Sequence record: EF437941
From: Escherichia phage Phi1
Strand: one strand, 5' to 3'
Length of the DNA stretch: 64,000 nt
Shown here piece by piece: positions 56,648-64,000 of the stretch; within the stretch, counting starts at the first letter, position 1; each line of letters opens with the position of its first letter. The notes below the pieces were generated by a model. That model ran no database searches and was not told the origin of the DNA. It saw nothing but the letters and a program-made list of their open reading frames with translations. The position numbers and the translations under genes were made by a program.

Positions 56648-56853
56648 GTCACCGTTTTGTAAAGAAACACAATAAAATCCAAGACAAGAAAGACAGTGTA
56701 AATGATCATCGTCAAGACAGTAAACACTGTCAAATTTTCATCGTTAGTTAATTCATAGTCGCCCATCCATACAATCACAAGATATAGCATTGAAAGAATG
56801 GAAGCACCTACGAAGTTAAAAAACATATTCTTGAGCGTCATATTAACAACCAT
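56644..56853 (-). CDS. small membrane protein
   Basis: 69 aa hydrophobic. Confidence 0.45.
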   Translation of the reverse strand: MVVNMTLKNMFFNFVGASILSMLYLVIVWMGDYELTNDENLTVFTVLTMIIYTVFLVLDFIVFLYKTVT

Positions 56854-57025
56854 CGCGGCTTAAGTCAACAGCAATTGCATACAGCATAATGAATATGCTA
56901 GCAGATCCAAGAATCAATACACCCTCACATTTTGAAACTCGCTCATCAAAATGTAACATTATCCATCCGAGGATGTTAAAGGCGCAGACCGCGCCTATGT
57001 TCGCTAACCAATTAATCTTTTTCAT
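56843..57025 (-). CDS. small membrane protein
   Basis: 60 aa hydrophobic. Confidence 0.4.
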   Translation of the reverse strand: MKKINWLANIGAVCAFNILGWIMLHFDERVSKCEGVLILGSASIFIMLYAIAVDLSRDGC

Positions 57026-57033
57026 AATATACC

Positions 57034-57360
57034 TTAGAAAGAAACAGTTTTCAAGAAATCCAGATTTTCAGTACCGAAAACAGAAAAGTAGTGTTTTCCT
57101 TTTTCGGTTTTAGAGAAAGCGATTGTCTTCTCTACATGGTGACGGAAGCCAGACAGACGATCACCCAGGTCAAGGCGGCAAGCGTAAGTAGTGCCGTTTT
57201 CGAAAGTAACCTCGATTTGAGTTTTGTCATATTCGCTTTCATAGGCTTTTGCTGCCGCGTCCTGTGCTTTACGCTCGAAGTCTTCGAAGTGGAATACTTC
57301 GTTTGCGTTAGCGAATACAGAAGATTCAGAGAAGATAACTTTAACAGATACTGGTTTCAT
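57034..57360 (-). CDS. hypothetical protein
   Basis: 108-aa ORF with cassette RBS. Confidence 0.5.
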   Translation of the reverse strand: MKPVSVKVIFSESSVFANANEVFHFEDFERKAQDAAAKAYESEYDKTQIEVTFENGTTYACRLDLGDRLSGFRHHVEKTIAFSKTEKGKHYFSVFGTENLDFLKTVSF

Positions 57361-57402
57361 TTTGATACTCCTTAGTAGTTCGTGTTTCGTTTCGATGGGT
57401 GT

Positions 57403-57431
57403 ATTATGCTATACACCCTCTTGTGTGTCAA
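57403..57431 (-). promoter_or_regulatory. early promoter
   Basis: TTGACA-N17-CATAAT. Confidence 0.5.
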
Positions 57432-57439
57432 CAACTTTT

Positions 57440-57628
57440 TTAGTCTTTTTTCATAATTTCTAGAGCAGTTTCTACAGCACCTTTCCAACCCTCCCACATA
57501 ATGGACATAGTAATGAAGTTAAAGCACCCGCAGGAATCAACCTTTTTAGAGATAAACCATTCAACAAATCCTTCGCTCATACCATGCTCTTTAGCGGATT
57601 CGCGTAATTGTTCAATTTGGTCTTCCAT
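57440..57628 (-). CDS. hypothetical protein
   Basis: 62-aa ORF. Confidence 0.45.
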   Translation of the reverse strand: MEDQIEQLRESAKEHGMSEGFVEWFISKKVDSCGCFNFITMSIMWEGWKGAVETALEIMKKD

Positions 57629-57637
57629 AGTATCACC

Positions 57638-57826
57638 TCAACACTTAACGTTATTCAAACGATTTTGAAAGTACATATAGCAAGCATAATTTTGCTTTGG
57701 TTGTACCGTATCAGATAGACACGCTTTTACAGCCTCGCGGTCCGATGGATCTACACCCTCAGCTTTAAGTAATGCTAAAATCTGGTTATATCGTACTCTT
57801 AGTTGTACTAATGGTTTATCCCCCAT
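57638..57826 (-). CDS. hypothetical protein
   Basis: start at internal ATG after GGGGG RBS. Confidence 0.45.
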   Translation of the reverse strand: MGDKPLVQLRVRYNQILALLKAEGVDPSDREAVKACLSDTVQPKQNYACYMYFQNRLNNVKC

Positions 57827-57836
57827 ATTACCCCCA

Positions 57837-58064
57837 TTATAGTTGATCAGCAATGTATGCGGTGCATTTGCGGAGTTTAGCCATAGCACCACCTTTCATG
57901 TCGCTTGCGCCTACAATGTTCATGATCTCTAAGCGATCAGCCGGATTCAGTCTAGTAGCCCAGATCTGGTTAGCCAGTTCCATTTTACCCATCTGCGGTT
58001 CCATCTCAAACAGTTCACGCTCAAAGTCGATAATTTCTTTTGCGGCGTCTTTAAAGTTAATCAT
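57837..58064 (-). CDS. hypothetical protein
   Basis: 75-aa ORF with cassette RBS. Confidence 0.5.
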   Translation of the reverse strand: MINFKDAAKEIIDFERELFEMEPQMGKMELANQIWATRLNPADRLEIMNIVGASDMKGGAMAKLRKCTAYIADQL

Positions 58065-58093
58065 TTTGATTCTCCCGTTTCGTTGATGGTTGT

Positions 58094-58122
58094 ATTGTAG
58101 GGGAGTTATCCTCCCCTGTCAA
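58094..58122 (-). promoter_or_regulatory. early promoter (PeSL-type)
   Basis: TTGACA GGGGAGGATAACTCCCC TACAAT: spacer is a hairpin. Confidence 0.5.
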
Positions 58123-58130
58123 CACTTTTA

Positions 58131-58316
58131 TCAGAAATATGCAATATAGTTTGCCAGTCCTACAGAGTCATCATTCGGCATTGCTTTTACTGCCAGTTCA
58201 AACCCTGCTTCAACTTTCTGTTTAGCGGATTCTTCGTTATAACCCCAGATTACCAGAATAGCTACTACGTTTTCTTTGCTTACTGCTTTCAGTGCTTTAG
58301 TGATGCGACGTGCCAT
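58131..58316 (-). CDS. hypothetical protein
   Basis: 61-aa ORF. Confidence 0.45.
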   Translation of the reverse strand: MARRITKALKAVSKENVVAILVIWGYNEESAKQKVEAGFELAVKAMPNDDSVGLANYIAYF

Positions 58317-58362
58317 AATTTGATTCTCCGTTTAAGAAAGTGTGTTTCGTTTCGATGGGTGT

Positions 58363-58391
58363 ATTATGCTATAGGCCGGATCTGGTGTCAA
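58363..58391 (-). promoter_or_regulatory. early promoter
   Basis: TTGACA-N17-CATAAT. Confidence 0.5.
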
Positions 58392-58415
58392 CAACTTTTT
58401 TAAAAAAATTTTAGG

Positions 58416-58444
58416 CAATAAAAAAGCCACTCCGAAGAGTGGCT
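58416..58444 (-). terminator. rho-independent terminator
   Basis: AGCCACTCTTCGGAGTGGCT hairpin (UUCG loop) followed by T6. Confidence 0.6.
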
Positions 58445-58448
58445 TATA

Positions 58449-58590
58449 GGGAAGGTAGCGAATCTTCCTTGTCTCCAACCTGCTAGCGGCCTAGCAAGTG
58501 AATGCTTTAGCGTACCGGATCGCCCACATACGCTGTAATAAATGCGGCTAGGTGACGTCCAAATCATTCTAACCGCGCTGTCTTTAGTTC
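58449..58590 (-). ncRNA. candidate small structured RNA (untranslated region between late-promoter motif and terminator)
   Basis: no plausible ORF; two stable hairpins; TATAAATA motif at 58596..58603 upstream and terminator downstream. Confidence 0.25.
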
Positions 58591-58594
58591 ACTA

Positions 58595-58813
58595 TTATTT
58601 ATATCGCTTTCTCTCGCGACGTTTTTGATCTTCTTCCTTGATAGAGTTAAATGCATCAAAAAGACACATGACACTGATAATGAACATAACCGTATTTTCT
58701 ACGATATCCAACGGCTTCGCATCAGTACAGATCACCCAAACGGTAAGAAATGCAAATAAGGCAGAAGAGATCACAAGCATGATACTTGCTAAGATATAAA
58801 AAGTCATTTTCAT
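58595..58813 (-). CDS. small membrane protein
   Basis: 72 aa, two TM helices then basic tail. Confidence 0.45.
   Translation of the reverse strand: MKMTFYILASIMLVISSALFAFLTVWVICTDAKPLDIVENTVMFIISVMCLFDAFNSIKEEDQKRRERKRYK
58596..58603 (-). promoter_or_regulatory. T4-type late promoter motif TATAAATA
   Basis: exact TATAAATA on minus strand. Confidence 0.35.
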
Positions 58814-59004
58814 GGTTTTACCTCAATTCTTCGATATTCATCACACATCCACGCAGTAAGCAAGAATCCCAACACATAAGCAACAAAATACGTTAATGCT
58901 TCTTCTGGTTCGGTGCTATGCGCCATCATCAGACCAGCGAGAAAGGTCTTAACAATTACATTTAAAATAATTAGCCACGCAAATAATTTCATCGTTTGCC
59001 CCAT
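58810..59004 (-). CDS. small membrane protein
   Basis: 64 aa. Confidence 0.45.
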   Translation of the reverse strand: MGQTMKLFAWLIILNVIVKTFLAGLMMAHSTEPEEALTYFVAYVLGFLLTAWMCDEYRRIEVKP

Positions 59005-59228
59005 TTCGGACGAGTCTTTTCAAACTTATACATTACGCAACAATCTCGAATCATCCACGTAACAAGAGCACCAGTCAACACAGACAACACACAGAAGAAG
59101 TAAAACGGTCCGGTTGCATTATCAACATGAGCAAGCCATGTAAAGAAAACACATGCAAGGAATGTAAAGAACATCATAAAACACAAGAAAGCAAAATATT
59201 TTATGCTACTCATAGCGCCACCATACAA
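58989..59228 (-). CDS. small membrane protein
   Basis: 79 aa. Confidence 0.45.
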   Translation of the reverse strand: MYGGAMSSIKYFAFLCFMMFFTFLACVFFTWLAHVDNATGPFYFFCVLSVLTGALVTWMIRDCCVMYKFEKTRPKWGKR

Positions 59229-59316
59229 CAGATCATAAGAAAACCCAACGCAATAAGAATTGCATCAAATTTAGTGAACTCCGGTCCACCTATCAACATC
59301 ATTCGTTCCTGTTCAG

Positions 59317-59559
59317 TTATAGATCACAGAGCCATCTTAAAGCACCACATAAAGCGAGCAGAATACTAGGTATAAACGAGATCAAAACAAGTTTGCAAAA
59401 ATCATCTAAGGTAACACCGGAATAGCTACCAACTGTAACAACACCGATCATAAGACACAGAAAGAAAACAAATGCAATCAGAAACAAAGTATTGCTAAAC
59501 AGTTTAGTGATCATTAGACACCCCACGACGGTCAATTTCAAAAACTTTTTTATCATCAA
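59317..59559 (-). CDS. small membrane protein
   Basis: 80 aa. Confidence 0.45.
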   Translation of the reverse strand: MMIKKFLKLTVVGCLMITKLFSNTLFLIAFVFFLCLMIGVVTVGSYSGVTLDDFCKLVLISFIPSILLALCGALRWLCDL

Positions 59560-59707
59560 CGAAGCATGTCACAACTGCCTCGTTGACTTCCGCAAATTGT
59601 TGTGTTACCCACTTAAGGTCAGATCGAAACAATGTTCTATTAATAACAAATGTTTTACCGCTCTTATCCTTACCCATAAATTTTGCTTTAACCATATCCA
59701 ATTCCAT
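59504..59707 (-). CDS. hypothetical protein
   Basis: 67-aa ORF with AAGGTGA RBS. Confidence 0.45.
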   Translation of the reverse strand: MELDMVKAKFMGKDKSGKTFVINRTLFRSDLKWVTQQFAEVNEAVVTCFVDDKKVFEIDRRGVSNDH

Positions 59708-59716
59708 ATTATCACC

Positions 59717-59875
59717 TTATTTGCTAATCGCTAAACCTAATCCGAAGAGAGCACCCGACGCTACAGTATACCCGAAAGTTTCAAAGGCAGTAAAGATATC
59801 TAAGCCACCAGCTAACAGAGTTGCAGTAAACAGAGTACCAGCTACGAACATAAAAGTTTTACCGATAAATTTCAT
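59717..59875 (-). CDS. small membrane protein (52 aa)
   Basis: manual translation MKFIGKTFMFVAGTLFTATLLAGGLDIF... Confidence 0.4.
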   Translation of the reverse strand: MKFIGKTFMFVAGTLFTATLLAGGLDIFTAFETFGYTVASGALFGLGLAISK

Positions 59876-59906
59876 TTTGATTCTCCTTTCGTTTGTTTGT
59901 GGGGGT

Positions 59907-59935
59907 ATCTTACTACCCCCGTTTCATGTTGTCAA
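59907..59935 (-). promoter_or_regulatory. early promoter (PeSL-type)
   Basis: TTGACA-N17-TAAGAT inside GGGGGTAGTAAGATACCCCC hairpin. Confidence 0.5.
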
Positions 59936-59941
59936 CTATTT

Positions 59942-60316
59942 TTAAGAATATTTTACTTCGTCTACAATGTCTTTCATGACATTGATTTCCATTCCGGTCA
60001 GAACACGTTGGAACATGTGCTGAACATACGCTTTCAGGTATTCATTTGATGGCTTGCTATCGAAAGTCTTTTTAGTGTAGTAGTCATCACCGAAAGCTAC
60101 TGTAATTACATTTTCGTCGTCGTTCCAAGCGATATAAGCAAATTTGCCGTTATCCCAGAAGCGAGCACTAATTGCTACTTTTGTTGAATCGAATCCTACT
60201 TCGCTGTGAGATTCAAGAACTACTTGCGTGCCAGTTTCTTTATGAATGTAGTAGCGGGATACTAAGTCAAAGTTACGGGTGTAGTGACATTCGAACTTAT
60301 CTTTAAACATCATCAT
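59942..60316 (-). CDS. hypothetical protein
   Basis: ORF with GGAGAATCAAAA RBS. Confidence 0.5.
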   Translation of the reverse strand: MMMFKDKFECHYTRNFDLVSRYYIHKETGTQVVLESHSEVGFDSTKVAISARFWDNGKFAYIAWNDDENVITVAFGDDYYTKKTFDSKPSNEYLKAYVQHMFQRVLTGMEINVMKDIVDEVKYS

Positions 60317-60354
60317 TTTTGATTCTCCCAAGTGTTTTTCGTTTCTATGTGTGC

Positions 60355-60383
60355 ATTATGCTATAGTCGTTTATGGTTGTCAA
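60355..60383 (-). promoter_or_regulatory. early promoter
   Basis: TTGACA-N17-CATAAT. Confidence 0.5.
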
Positions 60384-60391
60384 CACATAAA

Positions 60392-60420
60392 AACAAAAAA
60401 ACCCCGAAAAATTTTCGGGG
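60392..60420 (-). terminator. rho-independent terminator
   Basis: CCCCGAAAATTTTTCGGGG hairpin followed by T-run. Confidence 0.6.
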
Positions 60421-60427
60421 TATAGAA

Positions 60428-60898
60428 TTACAGTTTGGTCGTCCACTCCAGGTCTAGATCTTCGACATATTCATGAGATCGGACAATCTCTAAATCGAAC
60501 TCTAGGTCAGTGCCAAATTTACGCGCACCAACATCATAAGAAAGCGTGATATGCGGTACATATTCAGGATAATCCCACGTCGCACCTAAAGCAGTTCCGA
60601 TATCGTGTCTGAATTGCATGTAGTCGCTTTCAAATGCCAACACAAGCGCATTAGTACCGGATTGAGTTTCAAACACTTTCAGATGGCATAGAGAGCCTAA
60701 AAACTTTTCACCCTCTTCTGGGATAAACGGAACATAGACACGAGAATATAAGATAGTGCTATGCAGTTTATCACGAGGAACGGCATTAGGCAGATCGTAG
60801 AACTCCTGCAATTTTTCAATGCGGTCTAGTGTATCCTCAGTGAATTTAACAGCCGCATATGTACCTTTAACGGATTCTCGAAACGGGGTCATAATCAA
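60428..60898 (-). CDS. 57B: 2H phosphoesterase, gp57B/Acb1-like (anti-CBASS cyclic-nucleotide phosphodiesterase candidate)
   Basis: 156 aa; two H-x-T/S-x motifs (HSTI, HITL) at the spacing of 2H phosphoesterases; immediately downstream of 57A-like and gene 1 as in T4. Confidence 0.65.
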   Translation of the reverse strand: MIMTPFRESVKGTYAAVKFTEDTLDRIEKLQEFYDLPNAVPRDKLHSTILYSRVYVPFIPEEGEKFLGSLCHLKVFETQSGTNALVLAFESDYMQFRHDIGTALGATWDYPEYVPHITLSYDVGARKFGTDLEFDLEIVRSHEYVEDLDLEWTTKL

Positions 60899-61161
60899 GC
60901 CTCCGTGATCAGTTCTACTTCCTCTTTATCGTCTTCCGCTGCTTCGTCTTTAGGGAGAAGTGCTTTCACTTCTTCGACAATCGCATCAAGGGAAACAGTG
61001 CCGTTTTCGTCTGGCTGAATACCCAGAATGCGTACCAGTTCCATCAATACACGCTCACGATCTTTCAGTTGGCCTTCTAAGAATGCGGCCTTTTCTTGAG
61101 TGTCAAACAGACGTACTTTCAGGACATTAATCATTTGTTCATGCTGATTGGACATATTCAC
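60895..61161 (-). CDS. 57A: tail-fibre assembly chaperone gp57A-like
   Basis: 88 aa, acidic coiled coil; position between gene 1 and 57B. Confidence 0.55.
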   Translation of the reverse strand: MNMSNQHEQMINVLKVRLFDTQEKAAFLEGQLKDRERVLMELVRILGIQPDENGTVSLDAIVEEVKALLPKDEAAEDDKEEVELITEA

Positions 61162-61187
61162 ATCTCCTACTTGTTGATAACTTTTTA

Positions 61188-61844
61188 TTAAATGTTCGCG
61201 AGAATCGCGCTTTCAAATTCTTCTAATGTGCCATTATTTATAATGATGGTTTCACCGTCAATAGGCAAAATTCCTTTTTCGGTGGAGTGAGTCGATACAA
61301 TACCAGTATCACGCTGAATATGCAACACCTTAGCACCCATAGAACGCATGAGAGCAATTTCAATAGGCTGACGCACATCAACCACTACAAAATACCCTTC
61401 TTCATTTTTGCGCTTCATAAACTCATCCACAAAGAGATTACACCAATAAAGCGGATTGATCAAGTTAACCATTATATCAGTACCGAGAGTGGTTAACATG
61501 AGACGAATAGACCAGACGTTATTATGTTTTTCGCCGATCTCATTAACGACCTTGTAAATCTCAGCCAGACGATCACAAGTAAAGGAGCTACCGCCATACT
61601 TCGAATCTAGCATAAGCAGACACTGAATAAACCACTTATGCGCGGTGTAGGTATCAATACCTAGATCGGCTTCTCTGTCACGCCCTAACCCGTCAAAGTC
61701 AAGATAAGTCAGACCTAAGTCTGGTTGACATTCGCATAAGATTTCTTTGATCGGTGCTGCCAGTTGATAACTGTGTCCATCAATGATTAACGCGGCAGTG
61801 TCTTTTCCTACTCGCTTTTTACCACAAAGTGCAATCAATTTCAT
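61188..61844 (-). CDS. 1: deoxynucleoside monophosphate kinase gp1
   Basis: 218 aa; P-loop GKKRVGKDT, TLGTD, VVVDVRQ; collinear with T4 gp1 as remembered. Confidence 0.85.
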   Translation of the reverse strand: MKLIALCGKKRVGKDTAALIIDGHSYQLAAPIKEILCECQPDLGLTYLDFDGLGRDREADLGIDTYTAHKWFIQCLLMLDSKYGGSSFTCDRLAEIYKVVNEIGEKHNNVWSIRLMLTTLGTDIMVNLINPLYWCNLFVDEFMKRKNEEGYFVVVDVRQPIEIALMRSMGAKVLHIQRDTGIVSTHSTEKGILPIDGETIIINNGTLEEFESAILANI

Positions 61845-61859
61845 TATATAAGCCTCTTA

Positions 61860-62450
61860 TTACTTTCTAAAAGCAGGGTGCATAGCTTTAATACCTTCCA
61901 CCCGCTGACGATCCGCCGCCTGAATTGCTGGGCGAGGAACGATCAGTTGACCATCACGTTCAATGCTCATTGTTTTAAATGGAAGAATTGCAGTACACAC
62001 CAGAGATTCATGCATATCATCGGTGTATGTTAACTCAAGTTCCCCCAATTGTGAACACCAACAACCATAAAAGTTAAAGGTGCAAACAATGTTACGTCGT
62101 TCATTGTCCATCATGTGAACTTGAACGGCTTCCGGCATTGAATCCTTCCACGCTGTGGAATTACCGTTATTGTAGTCTACTATAGAAAGCATCCATGTGT
62201 AAAGGTTTAGATAGCTTTCTAGATGTTCATCGACAATAAACCGAACTACCAACGGGTCAAACTCCACATGACTAGACGGATAATCAGCAACCGCCAAACC
62301 ATATTGACCAGCAACTTGCTTAGTCGGTGGAATGGTTATAGCAGGAAGTGTAACACCTTGACAGTTTAAAGTAAAGCCTTTTGTTAGTTGTCCATCTGGA
62401 ATATTGATCTGCCAGTTACTAGGGTTAGCATAGTTAAAGAGATTAGACAT
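61860..62450 (-). CDS. hypothetical protein at gene 3 position (possible tail completion protein)
   Basis: 196-aa ORF following gene 1; positional inference only; GAGGAA RBS. Confidence 0.4.
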   Translation of the reverse strand: MSNLFNYANPSNWQINIPDGQLTKGFTLNCQGVTLPAITIPPTKQVAGQYGLAVADYPSSHVEFDPLVVRFIVDEHLESYLNLYTWMLSIVDYNNGNSTAWKDSMPEAVQVHMMDNERRNIVCTFNFYGCWCSQLGELELTYTDDMHESLVCTAILPFKTMSIERDGQLIVPRPAIQAADRQRVEGIKAMHPAFRK

Positions 62451-62639
62451 TACTGATTCCTCAAATGAAAATATTTATTAACAATTGTCGCTTTGCGACG
62501 TGCCGTAGGCACTGACTACTTTTTAACCGAAACAAATTTTTATTATTCTAAAGATCTTTCTTCGTTTTGGTTATGTTTTAACCAATAACTATATTTTTAT
62601 ACAGTAATAAATAAAACGGGTACTATACGAGGACTTCTT

Positions 62640-62894
62640 ATGACAGAAGACATTTTGTTAAAACTCTATGATCGTTTGGATAACGAATTAGCAACATTGC
62701 GGGGTGAAGTTCTCTATTTGTCTAAATGCAATACAGATCTGCTTAAGCAGATTGCAGAAAGGGATGACCAAATAAAATCCCTTTCAGGTGCATTACGTGA
62801 TCGCGACAAGGCATTAGAGATTTTACAGCGTGTTACCAATAAGGAAGAATTAAAAGACTTCTTACATGGTTATGCTCATGCTATCGATCTATAA
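62640..62894 (+). CDS. hypothetical coiled-coil protein (plus strand)
   Basis: 84-aa ORF with GAGGA RBS 7 nt upstream; followed by strong bidirectional terminator. Confidence 0.5.
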   Translation: MTEDILLKLYDRLDNELATLRGEVLYLSKCNTDLLKQIAERDDQIKSLSGALRDRDKALEILQRVTNKEELKDFLHGYAHAIDL

Positions 62895-62895
62895 T

Positions 62896-62926
62896 AAAAA
62901 AGCCCGTCAATGACGGGCTTAATTTT
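62896..62926. terminator. bidirectional rho-independent terminator
   Basis: AAAAA AGCCCGTCAATGACGGGCT TAATTTT between convergent genes. Confidence 0.6.
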
Positions 62927-63977
62927 AATATGTATCAGCTAATTTAATTATGTTATCAAGTTCCGTGATTGGTAAAGTTTCTGTGTATCCATCTTTCAAC
63001 ATGGATTTGTCAACAACGCCACAATGATAAGTTCTCTTTATTTCCTTTTCAAGTTCCCACGGAATCCAGCCATCAACACTTTGTTTGACGTAAACAAGTT
63101 TGTGAACAAACTTAGATTTCTGCATATGTTGTTTCATTCTGGTTTCTGGTAATTCATTGGTTACACCAAACTTTATAAATTTATCATCTAACGTCTGGAT
63201 ATAAAAATATCCCATCTCAGATGGACGATAGCCAGAAGAACTACATTTCGGACACCCTTTAGATCTATGACCATCAAAAGTACAAAATCTAACAGAAAAC
63301 TCCTGATTGTGTTTATTGCACTTCATTTTCAACCATGATTTATCAGATCCTATCCATCCACCATCAAATTCAATAAAACTATAATTTAATTGGTCGCATC
63401 TTTCAATTATTCGTTTAATAGCCACACTTTCTGGTAACAAGTGTGTTGTCTTTTTACTTTCGTTTACACATTTCTTACAACCACATGTCCCACACTTCGT
63501 GAAGTTAAAGAATTGTGTGTTCTTCCAAATATGGTTATGTTTCTTACATTTTAATATCATTTTAGTAGTGACGTGCTTCCACGCACCAACAAAACCTAAA
63601 AATTCATAGTTTAATTCCTCACATCTTTCTTTTGCTATTTTAATAGCGTCTTCTTCTAGTAAAGACCCGTTACACTGCGGACAGCCTACTATAACCTTTT
63701 TACCATAGAAACTATTGCTAGAAACATCATAGATAGACCCGTGCTTATTGCATTGGATAACAGATCTAGTCAATTTTCCTTTCCATTCTCCAGAAAATCC
63801 TAAGAATGTATGGTCGACAAGTTTACACCTTTCAATAACTTTATCCGCAAATTCTCTAGGAGATTTTGTTACCTTGTTTACTCTGTATTCTATTTCTTCC
63901 GGTTGACGAAGATCATAAACGTGGGGATTGCTCCCCACGGAATTAATATTACGCATCTTTCCACACCTTCCTTGCAT
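62925..63977 (-). CDS. multi-zinc-ribbon protein with C-terminal T5orf172/GIY-YIG-like domain (homing-endonuclease-like)
   Basis: 350 aa; three repeated modules with CxxC pairs; C-terminus GYFYIQ...KFGVT...R...E pattern resembling GIY-YIG/T5orf172. Confidence 0.5.
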   Translation of the reverse strand: MQGRCGKMRNINSVGSNPHVYDLRQPEEIEYRVNKVTKSPREFADKVIERCKLVDHTFLGFSGEWKGKLTRSVIQCNKHGSIYDVSSNSFYGKKVIVGCPQCNGSLLEEDAIKIAKERCEELNYEFLGFVGAWKHVTTKMILKCKKHNHIWKNTQFFNFTKCGTCGCKKCVNESKKTTHLLPESVAIKRIIERCDQLNYSFIEFDGGWIGSDKSWLKMKCNKHNQEFSVRFCTFDGHRSKGCPKCSSSGYRPSEMGYFYIQTLDDKFIKFGVTNELPETRMKQHMQKSKFVHKLVYVKQSVDGWIPWELEKEIKRTYHCGVVDKSMLKDGYTETLPITELDNIIKLADTY

Positions 63978-64000
63978 CGTAATTTTTTCCCTTTGACAAG

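Noticed and set aside
58380-58600. tRNA gene cluster expected near this position by T4 synteny
   Set aside because: I could not find a T-arm (GTTCGAATC-like) or a consistent cloverleaf by eye; reported only as a candidate small RNA
1-64000. CRISPR array or integrase/transposase-type mobile element
   Set aside because: No regularly spaced direct repeats with unique spacers and no recombinase-like ORF; the recurring repeats are promoter/terminator cassettes

Overview
This window is the early/replication region of a T4-like myovirus (Tevenvirinae), running from rIIA to gene 1/gene 3 with essentially every gene on the minus strand. The conserved core is recognisable by motif and by T4 synteny: rIIA, topo II gp39, DexA, Dda, gp56, primase gp61, helicase gp41, UvsX, DNA polymerase gp43, RegA, gp62/44/45, gp46/47, gp55, NrdG/NrdD, endonuclease VII, NrdC, Dam, RI, Tk, RegB, gp57B (Acb1-like), gp57A and gp1. 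Between these blocks lie hyperplastic segments of small genes separated by a recurring cassette (terminator hairpin, sigma70-like promoter with a GC-rich stem-loop around the -10, GGAGAATCAAA-ATG ribosome site), which resembles the PeSL cassettes described for RB49-type phages. The most notable accessory content is an expanded paralogous family of at least eight genes flanking nrdG/nrdD, a P-loop NTPase operon next to gene 55, a Pol-beta nucleotidyltransferase beside a host-like GrcA glycyl-radical protein, a glycine-rich protein, a macro-domain protein, a secreted lytic transglycosylase, an M15 peptidase endolysin with small membrane-protein clusters, and a zinc-ribbon/T5orf172-like nuclease ORF after gene 3. 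I did not see glucosyltransferase or dCMP hydroxymethylase genes at their T4 positions, nor any tRNA, CRISPR array or intron. All calls rest on reading the sequence and remembered family motifs; no database search was run, and start codons are approximate because the ORF track appears to accept GTG/TTG starts.
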